Assembly (NCBI GenBank): GCA_002688315.1
Contig: NZCN01000010.1
Coordinates: 7,756 to 71,755, forward strand
Reading direction: 5' to 3'
Source: Candidatus Woesearchaeota archaeon
GTDB taxonomy: Archaea; Nanobdellota; Nanobdellia; Woesearchaeales; UBA10216
Length of the DNA stretch: 64,000 nt
The notes below the pieces were generated by a model. The model saw nothing but the letters and a program-made list of their open reading frames with translations. It was not told the origin of the DNA and searched no databases. This document shows positions 28,040 to 37,138 of this stretch, piece by piece (position 1 is the first letter of the stretch; every line of letters starts with the position of its first letter). Both the position numbers and the translations under genes were made by a program.

Positions 28040-28465
28040 ATGAAAGTAAAGATAAAAAGACTTGACAAAAGCATCCCCCTGCCTATTTACCAAACAAAAG
28101 GTAGTGTTGGGTTTGACATTTCTGCAAGGGAAGATACCATAGTACCGCCAAAAAGCGTTGGAATTATTCCAGGCAACATAATTGTTGAGACGCCTCCTGG
28201 ATACATGCTTCTGCTTGCTCTTCGCAGCTCTACTCCAAGAAAAAAAGGGCTGCACAAACCGCACGGCATAGGTGTTATTGACAATGATTACCGTGGAGAA
28301 AAAGATGAAATAGGAATACAGGTTTTTAACAGCACAGACAGCGAAGTGAAAGTAGAAAAAGGAGAAAGAATCGGCCAAGGGATATTTGTTAAGGTAGATA
28401 AGTTTGAATGGGATGAAGTAGAGCAAATGGGAGAAAGCAGAGGCGGGTTTGGAAGCACTGGTTAA
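28040..28465 (+). CDS. dut: dUTP diphosphatase (dUTPase)
   Basis: GSVGFDISA, GVIDNDYRGE and a C-terminal RGGFGSTG. Confidence 0.9.
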   Translation: MKVKIKRLDKSIPLPIYQTKGSVGFDISAREDTIVPPKSVGIIPGNIIVETPPGYMLLLALRSSTPRKKGLHKPHGIGVIDNDYRGEKDEIGIQVFNSTDSEVKVEKGERIGQGIFVKVDKFEWDEVEQMGESRGGFGSTG

Positions 28466-28839
28466 GGCTCGATGCGTTTTATTTCTAAGTTGTTAAAATC
28501 TTTGTCGTAAGAAACGAATTCTGAACAATTGTTAATGATTGCTGCTACGTAATGAATTAAATCAAAAGTGTTAAGACTTTTTTTGATGGGTGCTTTAAAA
28601 CTCATGTAAAGTAAGTTTTGATCAAGTTGAACAATGGAACTGTTCAACTTAAACAAAGATTTGATACAGTTAGAGGCATGTTCCTGGTTTTTATTTATTC
28701 TAGAAATAGCTTCATGCGCTTCCACTAAGCATAAAGTATCTGTTGTAAATTCATCGTACAGTAAAGATCTGCACTTATCTTTATCTTCATTGTCAATGAA
28801 TGCCTTTATAATGACGTTCGCGTCAACAAAAACACTCAT
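28462..28839 (-). CDS. vapC: PIN-domain ribonuclease toxin (VapC-like)
   Basis: The N-terminal VFVDANVIIKAF carries the PIN acidic residue. 125 aa. It overlaps the upstream small gene by 4 nt. Confidence 0.8.
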   Translation of the reverse strand: MSVFVDANVIIKAFIDNEDKDKCRSLLYDEFTTDTLCLVEAHEAISRINKNQEHASNCIKSLFKLNSSIVQLDQNLLYMSFKAPIKKSLNTFDLIHYVAAIINNCSEFVSYDKDFNNLEIKRIEP

Positions 28840-29072
28840 CTTTTACCTCTCAGAGAATGACTAAGTTTTATAACTTCATTAGTAGTATACTTTCTTTTTT
28901 GAGGCATCTTATCACAAATTCTAAACATTTCTTCCATAGAAGGCCCGTCCTCATATTCGATCAGTCTCTTGACAACAGACTCATAGCTCTCTCTAGAGTT
29001 TAGCTTCCTATTTTCCAAGGCTCTCTTTGTGTCCTCGTGCATTTGAATGCTTGTAAGTTTCATTTTTTTCAT
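28836..29072 (-). CDS. Putative antitoxin (VapB-like)
   Basis: 78 aa, translationally coupled to the PIN gene. SIQMHEDTKRALENRK looks like an RHH-type DNA-binding N-terminus. Confidence 0.6.
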   Translation of the reverse strand: MKKMKLTSIQMHEDTKRALENRKLNSRESYESVVKRLIEYEDGPSMEEMFRICDKMPQKRKYTTNEVIKLSHSLRGKR

Positions 29073-29076
29073 GTTG

Positions 29077-29094
29077 TCTATAGATATCTATAGA
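29077..29094. promoter_or_regulatory. Perfect 18-bp palindrome just upstream of the antitoxin start; candidate operator
   Basis: TCTATAGATATCTATAGA equals its own reverse complement. It lies 5-22 nt upstream of the antitoxin ATG at 29072. Confidence 0.5.
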
Positions 29095-29110
29095 TATATA
29101 AAGTTATTGA

Positions 29111-29578
29111 TTAAGTCAACACCAAATCGAGCGTACTTGGATCACTCATAAACGCTTCTCTTTTTATGTCGTCTATTATGAAATATGTTTCTTGTTTTTT
29201 TATCTTGAATTTAGTCTGCAAAGTTTCTAGAAAGTTTTCTAAGTCCACCATATTTTTGAAAACACCTTCAATAAGATAGTCATATCCATTATTTATCTTA
29301 AAGATAGAATTAATGTTTTGATGCTTTAGCAAAAAATCTGTCAAATCTTTTTTGTGACTAATATTTGCTTGTATTGCAATTTTTGCACGAGTGTTAAAGC
29401 CAAGCTTTGTGAAATCGACTAAGCAAGTATGTTTTCGGATAAGTCTATCTTCATTACGCTTTATTTTTTCATAAATAGTAGAAATCGGAATACGACTTTT
29501 TTTTGCCATATCTGTTAAAGTCTCACGGCAATTCTTTCGTAAATGAGTTATTATCACCAAATCTTTTTTGCTTATCAT
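29111..29578 (-). CDS. Lrp/AsnC-family transcriptional regulator
   Basis: An N-terminal HTH (LRKNCRETLTDMAKKSRIPISTIYEKIKR) plus a C-terminal RAM-like domain. 155 aa. Confidence 0.85.
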   Translation of the reverse strand: MISKKDLVIITHLRKNCRETLTDMAKKSRIPISTIYEKIKRNEDRLIRKHTCLVDFTKLGFNTRAKIAIQANISHKKDLTDFLLKHQNINSIFKINNGYDYLIEGVFKNMVDLENFLETLQTKFKIKKQETYFIIDDIKREAFMSDPSTLDLVLT

Positions 29579-29723
29579 TTATAACACCTCTCCGATATTC
29601 TTATACTTTTTCTGAAGAATATACAGAACCATAAGATATATAATTTATCCTTAAGACTTATATATTACCTTATAATTATATATTATCGAAATATTTATAT
29701 ATTCTCAACAATTAGCTGTCCAT

Positions 29724-30641
29724 ATGAAGCGAAAAGTAATACAGCTCGCCCACAAAACATTGGTTGTATCGTTGCCAAGCAAATGGGCAAAGACTTATGA
29801 AGTTAAGAAAGGCGCAGAACTGGAAGTAGAAGAAAGAGGGCAGCAAATAATATTCTCTACTAGCAAACATTCAGCATCTGAACGCATACAATTGGACATA
29901 ACAGAGTTAGATATAGATATCTTAAGAAGAAGGTTGCTTTCAAGCTTATATAAGACAGGGTATGATGAAGTTGAATTAATGTATAAAGACACTAAAGTGC
30001 TAAGTGCTATTCAGGAAAATATTAATGACATGCTTATTGGATTTGTTGTAGTTGAACAGGGAAAAAACAGGTGTGTTTTAAGAGTTGTTGCAGAAGAACA
30101 GGAAAAAGAATTTGAAAACATGCTTAGAAGGGCTTTTCTTGTAACAAAAAATCTAGGAGAAAGCTTATACACATATATTAAAGAAGGAAAACTTAACCAA
30201 CTTCACGACTTATTATCTCTTGAAAAAACCAACAATCAATTAATTAATTTCTGTGAAAGGGTTTTAAACAAAAGAGGTTTTAAAGACGACAATAAAAGGT
30301 GTTTTGTTTATGTTGTTGCATGGAATCTTGAAAAAATAGCTGATGATTTCAGAGATTTGTGCAAAATATTAGCTTCAGAGCCAAAATCAAAAGTTAGTAA
30401 GCAGTCTTTAGAGCTGCTTAAAGAAACTACTAATTATTTCACCAAGTATTACGAGATATATTATACATTTGATATCAATAAAGCATCTGAACTGAATAAA
30501 GGAGGGAAGGAATTAGAGAGAAGAATTGTGAATTTATTGAAAATAAGCAAAGGAACAGATACATTACTTTTAACCACACTTAAAGATGTTGTAACTAAAA
30601 CTTCAGATTTTACTGCTTCTTTTATAGCTTTGAATATGTAG
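29724..30641 (+). CDS. AbrB/SpoVT-domain plus PhoU-like domain protein (paralog of 5142..6077)
   Basis: The N-terminus KTLVVSLPSKWAKTYEVKKGAELEV is AbrB-like. The helical C-terminal region has the same architecture as 5142..6077. Confidence 0.7.
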   Translation: MKRKVIQLAHKTLVVSLPSKWAKTYEVKKGAELEVEERGQQIIFSTSKHSASERIQLDITELDIDILRRRLLSSLYKTGYDEVELMYKDTKVLSAIQENINDMLIGFVVVEQGKNRCVLRVVAEEQEKEFENMLRRAFLVTKNLGESLYTYIKEGKLNQLHDLLSLEKTNNQLINFCERVLNKRGFKDDNKRCFVYVVAWNLEKIADDFRDLCKILASEPKSKVSKQSLELLKETTNYFTKYYEIYYTFDINKASELNKGGKELERRIVNLLKISKGTDTLLLTTLKDVVTKTSDFTASFIALNM

Positions 30642-30643
30642 AA

Positions 30644-30841
30644 CTAGAATTTTTTGAATTCAGAAGCTGTTTCCAGCAAGTCAACATGGCCGAGGAAGAT
30701 TGCTCTGCAGCAATATCGCTCTAAGCCTAGCTCATCTAACACTTTTTTGCGCTCTTCGCCTTTTTCCATGCGTTCTTTATAGCTTTCAAATAAGTGTGAT
30801 ATAGGCTTCGAACAGCTCCAGCATCTCATTGGAATTATCAT
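30644..30841 (-). CDS. rpoN: DNA-directed RNA polymerase subunit N (Rpo10)
   Basis: MIIPMRCWSCSKPI...LGLERYCCR..L.HVDL is canonical Rpo10. Confidence 0.9.
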   Translation of the reverse strand: MIIPMRCWSCSKPISHLFESYKERMEKGEERKKVLDELGLERYCCRAIFLGHVDLLETASEFKKF

Positions 30842-30874
30842 TTTTTATCAAGTGTTTTAGTTGATTATTTAAGT

Positions 30875-31276
30875 TTAACGGTAGCTTTTTTGCCTTGTTG
30901 CCCTGGCTTTTCCATGATGGTTTGGCTTCCTTACTTCCCTTCTTCTAACATCTGCGACAAGTAAGTGCCTGTCATATTCTAAAAAAGTCTTTTCAAGCTT
31001 CTTATCCTTAGTAAATTCTGTCAATGCTTTGGCAATCGCAAGCCTTGCTGCCTCTGCCTGGCTCATTACTCCGCCTCCATAAACTTTCACTGTTATGTTA
31101 ACCTTATTAGCATGATTTTCTGCAAGTATTAATGGTTCTTGTAATTTAAGCTTTGCAATATCAGGCTGATAAAACTCAAGCAATTTGTTATTAATTTTGA
31201 CAATTCCTGTGCCTGGCTTAATTACAGCTCTTGCTACAGCCCGCTTTCTTTTTCCAGATGTAATAAAGTTTTTCAT
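30875..31276 (-). CDS. rps9: 30S ribosomal protein uS9
   Basis: SGKRKRAVARA.. and a C-terminal ARATRQKSYR. The ATG at 31276 has a GGAGG motif 5 nt upstream and an ATGA overlap with rpl13. Confidence 0.9.
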   Translation of the reverse strand: MKNFITSGKRKRAVARAVIKPGTGIVKINNKLLEFYQPDIAKLKLQEPLILAENHANKVNITVKVYGGGVMSQAEAARLAIAKALTEFTKDKKLEKTFLEYDRHLLVADVRRREVRKPNHHGKARATRQKSYR

Positions 31277-31686
31277 TTTCCTCCAAGATGCATGCAAAGC
31301 TCGCCTACAGTAATGTAACGCTTTGTGATTTTTTGAAGCTGCGCTTTTTTTAAACTCTCTGCTTTTTCTAAATTATCCGGAACACCAATGTAGCACTTAA
31401 TTCTGGAAAATGCCTGCCTGCCTTTATATTGCTTGCGAGGAAGCATTCCTCTGATAGTTCTTCTTACAAACAAATCAGGTCTTCTTTGAATAAAAGGACC
31501 TTGCTGCGGTTGACCAAGTTCAAGCCTGCTTAAATAGTGCTTAAGGATGCTTTGCTTATCCCCAGTTATTATCGCTTTCTCAGCATTAACTATCTTAACA
31601 TCTTCCCCAAGCAAAGCCTGCCTTGCAGCAATAACTGCCATTCTTCCTAAAACCAGCTTTTCTGCGTTAATTATCATGTTAACCAA
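31273..31686 (-). CDS. rpl13: 50S ribosomal protein uL13
   Basis: IINAEKLVLGRMA..AR and RTIRGMLP are archaeal uL13 patterns. Confidence 0.9.
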   Translation of the reverse strand: MVNMIINAEKLVLGRMAVIAARQALLGEDVKIVNAEKAIITGDKQSILKHYLSRLELGQPQQGPFIQRRPDLFVRRTIRGMLPRKQYKGRQAFSRIKCYIGVPDNLEKAESLKKAQLQKITKRYITVGELCMHLGGK

Positions 31687-32038
31687 AAATCCTCACGCGT
31701 TTTCCTTTGATATCGTCATTAATAAGCTCTGATATCTGCAATGCCTTTGACTTTGACTTTTCAATCTTATCAATAGCCTGTTCGGAAAATTGCCAGGCTG
31801 CAATTGTAACAACATGGTCAAGTTCGCCAGTAGCCAATACTTTTCCTGGAACGACAATAGTTTCACCGTCTTTAGTGTATCTGTTTATTTTGGAAAGGTT
31901 AACAACTCGGCGCTGCCTTGTAGGCTTTCTTAAATCATTAGCTAATCTTAATAGGAGTTTGGAGCTATCTTTATGCCCCTTATTTTTTAAGTCTTCAGTA
32001 AGACTTTTCAATTGTTCATTTATTGGTCCAGTTCTCAT
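31679..32038 (-). CDS. rpl18e: 50S ribosomal protein eL18 (L18e)
   Basis: VNLSKINRYTKDGETIVVPGKVLATGELDH.VTIAAWQFSEQA. Confidence 0.85.
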   Translation of the reverse strand: MRTGPINEQLKSLTEDLKNKGHKDSSKLLLRLANDLRKPTRQRRVVNLSKINRYTKDGETIVVPGKVLATGELDHVVTIAAWQFSEQAIDKIEKSKSKALQISELINDDIKGKRVRIFG

Positions 32039-32053
32039 TTTTTATGTAAACTA

Positions 32054-32139
32054 TGCGGGGGACGTGATTCGAACACGCGCATCCACTAAGGAACTACCCC
32101 CTCAAGGTAGCGCATTTGACCAGGCTCTGCCACCCCCGC
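32054..32139 (-). tRNA. tRNA-Leu (anticodon GAG), class II with a long variable arm
   Basis: Reverse complement: GCGGGGGTGGCAGAGCCTGGTCAAATGCGCTACCTTGAGGGGGTAGTTCCTTAGTGGATGCGCGTGTTCGAATCACGTCCCCCGCA. The acceptor stem is 7 bp (GCGGGGG/CCCCCGC). The anticodon stem is CTACC/GGTAG with loop TTGAGGG. The T-arm is GCGTG-TTCGAAT-CACGT. No CCA is encoded. Confidence 0.85.
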
Positions 32140-32168
32140 ATGAATGAACATGAAGTAGGTCGCCTAGC

Positions 32169-32954
32169 TTACTTGATTAGTTTCTGAAATTCTATGAGTT
32201 GTGATTCGAATGTTTCCGTTGCTTTTTCCAGTGTTTCACGACAGCTTAGTTGACCGAATGATTCAAGGTAAAATATGAAGTCATCTGTTTCCTCAATTTT
32301 TGCTTCGCCGTTTGAGGCTTCTTCAATAGTTCCTGCCAAATCATATTTCATCAGGAGTGCTTGATTAGCAACAAGTTTTCCGTTCTTAACTTCGAAAACT
32401 CCAGGCGGGCATGCTTGCGCAACTTTCTCCGGGTTTTTAACATTGCCTGCGTTTAATACAGGCTTGTTTTTGTAGTAAATATGACCTGGAGCCCATTTAG
32501 AATGCTGCTTTCCAGTTCCAAGAACAGCAGTTGCTTCAATCTCAAGTTTTTGTCCTTTCAAAAGCTTAGTTATTTGCATTCCAGGGAAGACTGGCTTTAT
32601 TTTTGGGTCTTTTGATTTAAAATCAGAAGCATAAACAGTAGCAGGGCCTTCCACTTTAAGCGTTAGTTTTACCTGGCAACTTGCACAGCCTTCTCCTTTA
32701 CATTTGCAGTCTTCAGAAATGTTATAACCTTTAAGATCTGTTGTTAAAGGAATCAACCCGATACGGTGTGCAATCATTTCATCATAAAGTATTGAATTAT
32801 TTTTCCTTATTTCCAAATCTTCAATCGCCATTGTTGGAACATCCCGAAGAACAGATCTTCTAAGTGAATTGGCAAATGCTGAGTCTGCTCCCTTTAGTAC
32901 AAAAGAAAGCTTATTATTTTTTACATCAGATTCCAAAATTTCGATAGTCATCAT
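32169..32954 (-). CDS. rpoD: DNA-directed RNA polymerase subunit D (Rpo3)
   Basis: ANSLRR..L..VPTMAI, Cys clusters [11 protein letters not shown] and ACPPGVF, and its position after S11. Confidence 0.9.
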   Translation of the reverse strand: MMTIEILESDVKNNKLSFVLKGADSAFANSLRRSVLRDVPTMAIEDLEIRKNNSILYDEMIAHRIGLIPLTTDLKGYNISEDCKCKGEGCASCQVKLTLKVEGPATVYASDFKSKDPKIKPVFPGMQITKLLKGQKLEIEATAVLGTGKQHSKWAPGHIYYKNKPVLNAGNVKNPEKVAQACPPGVFEVKNGKLVANQALLMKYDLAGTIEEASNGEAKIEETDDFIFYLESFGQLSCRETLEKATETFESQLIEFQKLIK

Positions 32955-33349
32955 ACTCTTCTACCCCGCTTTCCGCCTTTTTTTCTGCAGCTATCATGAG
33001 GAATTGGAGTTACGTCTTCTATTATACCAATGCGCAATCCCATCCTTGATAAAGCACGAACAGCTGCCTGCGCCCCAGGACCTGGATTACTTGGGCCATT
33101 ATGCCCGCCTGGAGCTCTAATCTTAACGTGTATCCCTCTTATGTTTTTTTCCATAGCGCCTTCTGCAGCTTTTTTTGCTGCAGCCATAGCAGCAGTTGGA
33201 GAAGACTCCATTCTATCAGACTTAACAACCATCCCGCCGCTAGCTTTTGCGATTGTTTCCCTGCCTGTAATATCTGTAATATGAATTATTGTATTGTTAT
33301 AAGAAGAGTATATGTGTGCAACGCCCCATCTAACATCATTACTCGGCAT
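32951..33349 (-). CDS. rps11: 30S ribosomal protein uS11
   Basis: [18 protein letters not shown] and [11 protein letters not shown]...[12 protein letters not shown]. Confidence 0.92.
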   Translation of the reverse strand: MPSNDVRWGVAHIYSSYNNTIIHITDITGRETIAKASGGMVVKSDRMESSPTAAMAAAKKAAEGAMEKNIRGIHVKIRAPGGHNGPSNPGPGAQAAVRALSRMGLRIGIIEDVTPIPHDSCRKKGGKRGRRV

Positions 33350-33881
33350 CTGGAACCTCTGTTACTTCTTTTATAACTCTTTCCGGATGATCTGGTTTTG
33401 AAAGAGCAGAATTTTCTACAAATGTAACTTGTTCTTCCAAAACTAAAGGAACTAAATAAGAAGGTGAAGTGATTATTTTATCACCAATCTTAATGTGCCT
33501 ATGAGAAATAAATTGCCTTGATTGACTAATTGAATGGGAAAATTTTTTCTTAAACACAACAGTTTGAAGACGTCTAACAAGAAAATCTTTAACAGTAAGC
33601 CCTAAAACTTCATCAAGTGAAGCTTCCTTTGTTATTACACCAAGTGAGACTAGTTTGTCTAGAAGTTGCTTTTTTTCTATTTCTGCCTGTTCTCCTCTTA
33701 GAGCGATAAGGCGTTTTGCCTGAGCTGTGAATTTTCTAAGTAAAGAAGTGGTTCTCCAATACTCCTGTTTGTTCTTGAGACCAAACTCTTTCATAAACGG
33801 ACTTTCTTCATCAAGCCTTTCTTTATTCCAGAGTTTAAGCGGTCTTGAATACTTCTTTTTTGGAAATCTTGGACTACCCAT
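33339..33881 (-). CDS. rps4: 30S ribosomal protein uS4
   Basis: [13 protein letters not shown]...W, an S4 RNA-binding domain (RRLQTVVFK..) and HI.I. Confidence 0.9.
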   Translation of the reverse strand: MGSPRFPKKKYSRPLKLWNKERLDEESPFMKEFGLKNKQEYWRTTSLLRKFTAQAKRLIALRGEQAEIEKKQLLDKLVSLGVITKEASLDEVLGLTVKDFLVRRLQTVVFKKKFSHSISQSRQFISHRHIKIGDKIITSPSYLVPLVLEEQVTFVENSALSKPDHPERVIKEVTEVPDAE

Positions 33882-33886
33882 TTACA

Positions 33887-34441
33887 TCACTTTTTCTTAT
33901 CATCCTGTGGTTTTTTCGGTACTGCCTTAGATTTTGCAACGCCAAGCACTTTTCCTTTATTCTTTCTGAAATTTGATCTTGTGCGCTGGCCACGAACAGG
34001 ACTGTTTGACATATGTCTAACGCCACGATAGCTTTTGATTTTCTGCATCTGTCTTACGTCGTTTTCCTGAGCGTAAGAAAGGTCAGTGGTTACTAAATGA
34101 ACTGAAGAGTTATCTTCAATATTTTTTCGTCTATTAAGAAGCCATTGAGGAAATTTTGAATGAGCTGTTTTTATCACTTCTTCAACTTTCTTTATGTCTG
34201 AATCAGACATATCGCCTAAACGCTTTGTTTTTTCAAGCTGAGAAGCATCGCAAACCGCATTTGCAAAAGTAAAACTTATTCCTTTGATTTTTCTCAGGCT
34301 ATCTATTAACTTTTTATTCCCATCCAAGTCAGCGTTACTAATTCTGACTATGTGCTTGAAATCTTCGCCAGGTTTTTCTGTTGGTTTTTCCATATTAAAC
34401 GGACCCGAAAACATAGCTAGAATACTTTCTAACCCTAACAA
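33887..34441 (-). CDS. rps13: 30S ribosomal protein uS13
   Basis: FKHIVRISNADLDGNKKL..SL..IKGI and YRG.RH..N.PVRGQRTR. The true start may be the internal MEKPTEK. Confidence 0.9.
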   Translation of the reverse strand: MLGLESILAMFSGPFNMEKPTEKPGEDFKHIVRISNADLDGNKKLIDSLRKIKGISFTFANAVCDASQLEKTKRLGDMSDSDIKKVEEVIKTAHSKFPQWLLNRRKNIEDNSSVHLVTTDLSYAQENDVRQMQKIKSYRGVRHMSNSPVRGQRTRSNFRKNKGKVLGVAKSKAVPKKPQDDKKK

Positions 34442-34508
34442 CGCCGTTAGACTCGGGCTTATATAGACGAGGATTTCAAGGTTGTTTATAAATGTTGCTT
34501 TTTAAGCC

Positions 34509-35537
34509 CTAATTTGCAGCAATCCGCGAACTTGCAACTTCCTTCGAATCTACTGCCTGTTCGCCACTTTTTTCGTTTTTTATGCTTTGAGAGATTTTTT
34601 TAAGGTGTGTCAATGGGCATCTCTGGCATCTGTTACCGATAGTACCAACATAATCCTTGTTATTAAAAATAAAGGTAATCTCACACATGTTACTACAGCC
34701 ATCTCCAATGATAGTTTTGGTCTGTAATTCAGCTTCTGCCAGTTCAAAGCCTTTAAAATTAGACTTTTTCGGCTTGTTTTCTTGAACTAAGAGTGCAGCA
34801 CCATAAGCGCCCATAAAACTGCACATTTCAGGAACAAAAACTTTCTCGTCCAGTTCTTTCTCAAAAGCAACAACTAATGCTTTATTCTGAGCAGTAGCTC
34901 CCTGAAAAACAAAAGGCGGCTTTAAATCTTTGCCTTTGCCAAGCATTGTTAAAAAATTTCCAATCAAACCTTTACAAACACCAGCTAAAATATCCTCCCT
35001 CGACATGCCTTTATTAAGCTTACTAACCACCGCGCTCTGCGCAAAAATTCCACATTTGGAAGGAACACTAACTTCATTTTTGCTTTTTAAAGCTAAATCT
35101 CCAACATCTTCAATAGCAATGCCCATACGATTAGCAATGGCTTCAATCATACTACCAGTACCTCCACCACAAGCCTGATTCATCATAAAATTTTCAATCT
35201 CGCCATTTTTCACAATAATAAGCTTACTATCCTCACCGCCAATATCAAAAATAGTTCTAACATCACGAAACTGCTTAATAGAAGCAACAGCATGGCTCAT
35301 TATTTCACTTTCCAAAACATCCCCTCCAACAAGCAAGTTAACAAATTCCTTGCCGCTGCCAGTAATACCAACACCATCAATCACTCCGTCAAATTTTAGA
35401 TTCTTCATGACTTCTTTAACAGTCGATATCACGCCTTTGTTCTTGGTATAATAAGACTTAACAATCGCGCCTTTGTCGTCTATAATCACTGCTTTAAAGC
35501 TAACACTGCCAATATCCATACCTATAAAAAAAGTCAT
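34509..35537 (-). CDS. BadF/BadG/BcrA/BcrD-type ATPase (2-hydroxyacyl-CoA dehydratase activator-like)
   Basis: FIGMDIGSVSFKAVIID, an ASKHA-fold phosphate-1 motif. GGEDSK.., ACGGGTGS and C-terminal Cys residues. Confidence 0.8.
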   Translation of the reverse strand: MTFFIGMDIGSVSFKAVIIDDKGAIVKSYYTKNKGVISTVKEVMKNLKFDGVIDGVGITGSGKEFVNLLVGGDVLESEIMSHAVASIKQFRDVRTIFDIGGEDSKLIIVKNGEIENFMMNQACGGGTGSMIEAIANRMGIAIEDVGDLALKSKNEVSVPSKCGIFAQSAVVSKLNKGMSREDILAGVCKGLIGNFLTMLGKGKDLKPPFVFQGATAQNKALVVAFEKELDEKVFVPEMCSFMGAYGAALLVQENKPKKSNFKGFELAEAELQTKTIIGDGCSNMCEITFIFNNKDYVGTIGNRCQRCPLTHLKKISQSIKNEKSGEQAVDSKEVASSRIAAN

Positions 35538-36454
35538 GACACACGCCTCTTTTTTCGTCTTTTTAATAAACTTACAAAAGTTTCAATTCTAGTATCAAAC
35601 CCAACCTCAAACTGGTTTTCATCTATCGGAAAACTATATAATGGCACGTCATACTTTCTACAAACACGATCAATAAGCATTTCAATTAAGCACTCAGGCG
35701 CACAGCTTAAAGGAAGTAAATGAATCACTCCGTCGTAACCCTGCTTACAATGATCTATAGTATCCCATAACGTATGCTTACCGTGACCTGCAATGTCAGA
35801 ACTTAAATACTCCTTCGCTTCTTTTTTAAAAGGCGTATATTCATCCTTGCTGAAAGGAATAATATGTTTTATAAAATCTGAAAGCAGCAAAGATACTTTA
35901 ACGCCAACACCCATTTTTTCAAGTTTTTTAATTATATCATAATTGATTTTGTTTTCGTGAATAGTAAAGATTTCTCCAACAAGAACCACTTTTATTTCTG
36001 CTTTTTCAGGGTTTCCATAATGAATTCTTTCAACTTCTTTTATTTTTTTCCAATGCTTACGAGCTATCATTAACGCTTTAAGCCGATTACATCCTGTGCT
36101 TTTTAAAAAGGGAAAAATAGTTTTTGCCGATATCACATGCATCTTAAATTTGTATCCTAAATCTTCCAGTATTTGCTTTTGAGTGAAATGATAGTTAGTA
36201 TAACGGCAGGTACCTGCACTATCAAACATTAACAAATCAGTAGCACCAGCTTCCAAAGCTTCGATATGACTGCCTAAAGTAACTTTGAAAGGAAAACAAA
36301 TCATATCGCTACTATGCCTAACGCCAAGCTTAATGGTCTTTTGCGTTATAGGCGGAGGCAAGACATAATTTATTCCTAATTCTGTAAAGAAGTCTTTAAC
36401 TAAATCGGTATATATCCCCATTCTTGGTGAAGAAAAAATGCGTTTATTTGTCAT
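35534..36454 (-). CDS. Activase-associated protein (DUF2229-like, CoA-enzyme-activase partner domain)
   Basis: It overlaps the downstream activase gene by 4 nt. From memory its size and the CFPFK motif fit the DUF2229 family. Confidence 0.55.
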   Translation of the reverse strand: MTNKRIFSSPRMGIYTDLVKDFFTELGINYVLPPPITQKTIKLGVRHSSDMICFPFKVTLGSHIEALEAGATDLLMFDSAGTCRYTNYHFTQKQILEDLGYKFKMHVISAKTIFPFLKSTGCNRLKALMIARKHWKKIKEVERIHYGNPEKAEIKVVLVGEIFTIHENKINYDIIKKLEKMGVGVKVSLLLSDFIKHIIPFSKDEYTPFKKEAKEYLSSDIAGHGKHTLWDTIDHCKQGYDGVIHLLPLSCAPECLIEMLIDRVCRKYDVPLYSFPIDENQFEVGFDTRIETFVSLLKRRKKRRVS

Positions 36455-36539
36455 ATTGCATCAGCTTTCAATTATGTTTTCAATTCTATTTAAACCAATA
36501 GCTAGTTGGATTCGTCACTTATTTTTTAAAGCTTATTAT

Positions 36540-36884
36540 TTATAAACCAGAACTATTTTTCAACTGCATAATAGCAGCAGCCAAGTCTCCATTAGCAGCT
36601 TCTAAAGCTTCTTTTGCTTTTTCCTCAGAAACACTTGCTTGCTCAGAAACAGTTTTTACATCATCTTCAGAAATTTCAACAGCAGCAGAACGCTCTTCTA
36701 CATTGCCGGTTATCTGAAAGCTGTCATTGCCCATCATGTTAACCTTAACAACTTTAGGATTAGTGATTACAATGTCTTTTCCTTCACTCTTTATAATAAC
36801 TTCAGAAGCAGCGATATCTTCCTGCTTAATGCCCATCTTCTTCATGGCCTGCTCTACTGCTTTAGGATTCATTCCAGGAATCAT
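36540..36884 (-). CDS. nac: Nascent polypeptide-associated complex protein (archaeal NAC alpha)
   Basis: A NAC domain (MMKKMGI..EDI.A.EVIIK...K.IVI.NP.V) plus a C-terminal UBA domain (EEKAKEALEAANGDLAAAIMQL). Confidence 0.85.
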   Translation of the reverse strand: MIPGMNPKAVEQAMKKMGIKQEDIAASEVIIKSEGKDIVITNPKVVKVNMMGNDSFQITGNVEERSAAVEISEDDVKTVSEQASVSEEKAKEALEAANGDLAAAIMQLKNSSGL

Positions 36885-36886
36885 TT

Positions 36887-37045
36887 TTATCCAAAATTGT
36901 GCAAGAATACTTCGATAGCTATGATTGCAACAGCTAATACTATGACGTGGCTAGGCTTAATCTGAATCCTGCTCTTGTATTCATCATAATACCTTACTAA
37001 GCCTCCTTGCGAAGAAGGAAGCATCATCTTTTGATCTTGTGGCAT
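36887..37045 (-). CDS. secG: Preprotein translocase subunit Sec61-beta (archaeal SecG), 52 aa; below the ORF-track size cutoff
   Basis: Hand translation: MPQDQKMMLPSSQGGLVRYYDEYKSRIQIKPSHVIVLAVAIIAIEVFLHNFG. It has the conserved GL(V/I)RY(Y/F)DE motif followed by a single C-terminal TM. Confidence 0.7.
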   Translation of the reverse strand: MPQDQKMMLPSSQGGLVRYYDEYKSRIQIKPSHVIVLAVAIIAIEVFLHNFG

Positions 37046-37138
37046 ATTGAATGATAGAAAGAAAGCAGTATATTAAAAGGTTTGGGTTGAGGTAGTGGTA
37101 GCAATCTTTAAATACCATTCAAGGTTCTTTTGACAGTT

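Noticed and set aside
29580-29723. AT-rich spacer between the Lrp-family gene and the PhoU-like gene, as a possible replication origin or repeat array. It has several TATATA(A/T)T units and an ATATTCTT/AAGAATAT inverted repeat.
   Set aside because: It is only 144 bp and has no ORB-like boxes. It is fully explained as two divergent promoters, possibly with Lrp sites.
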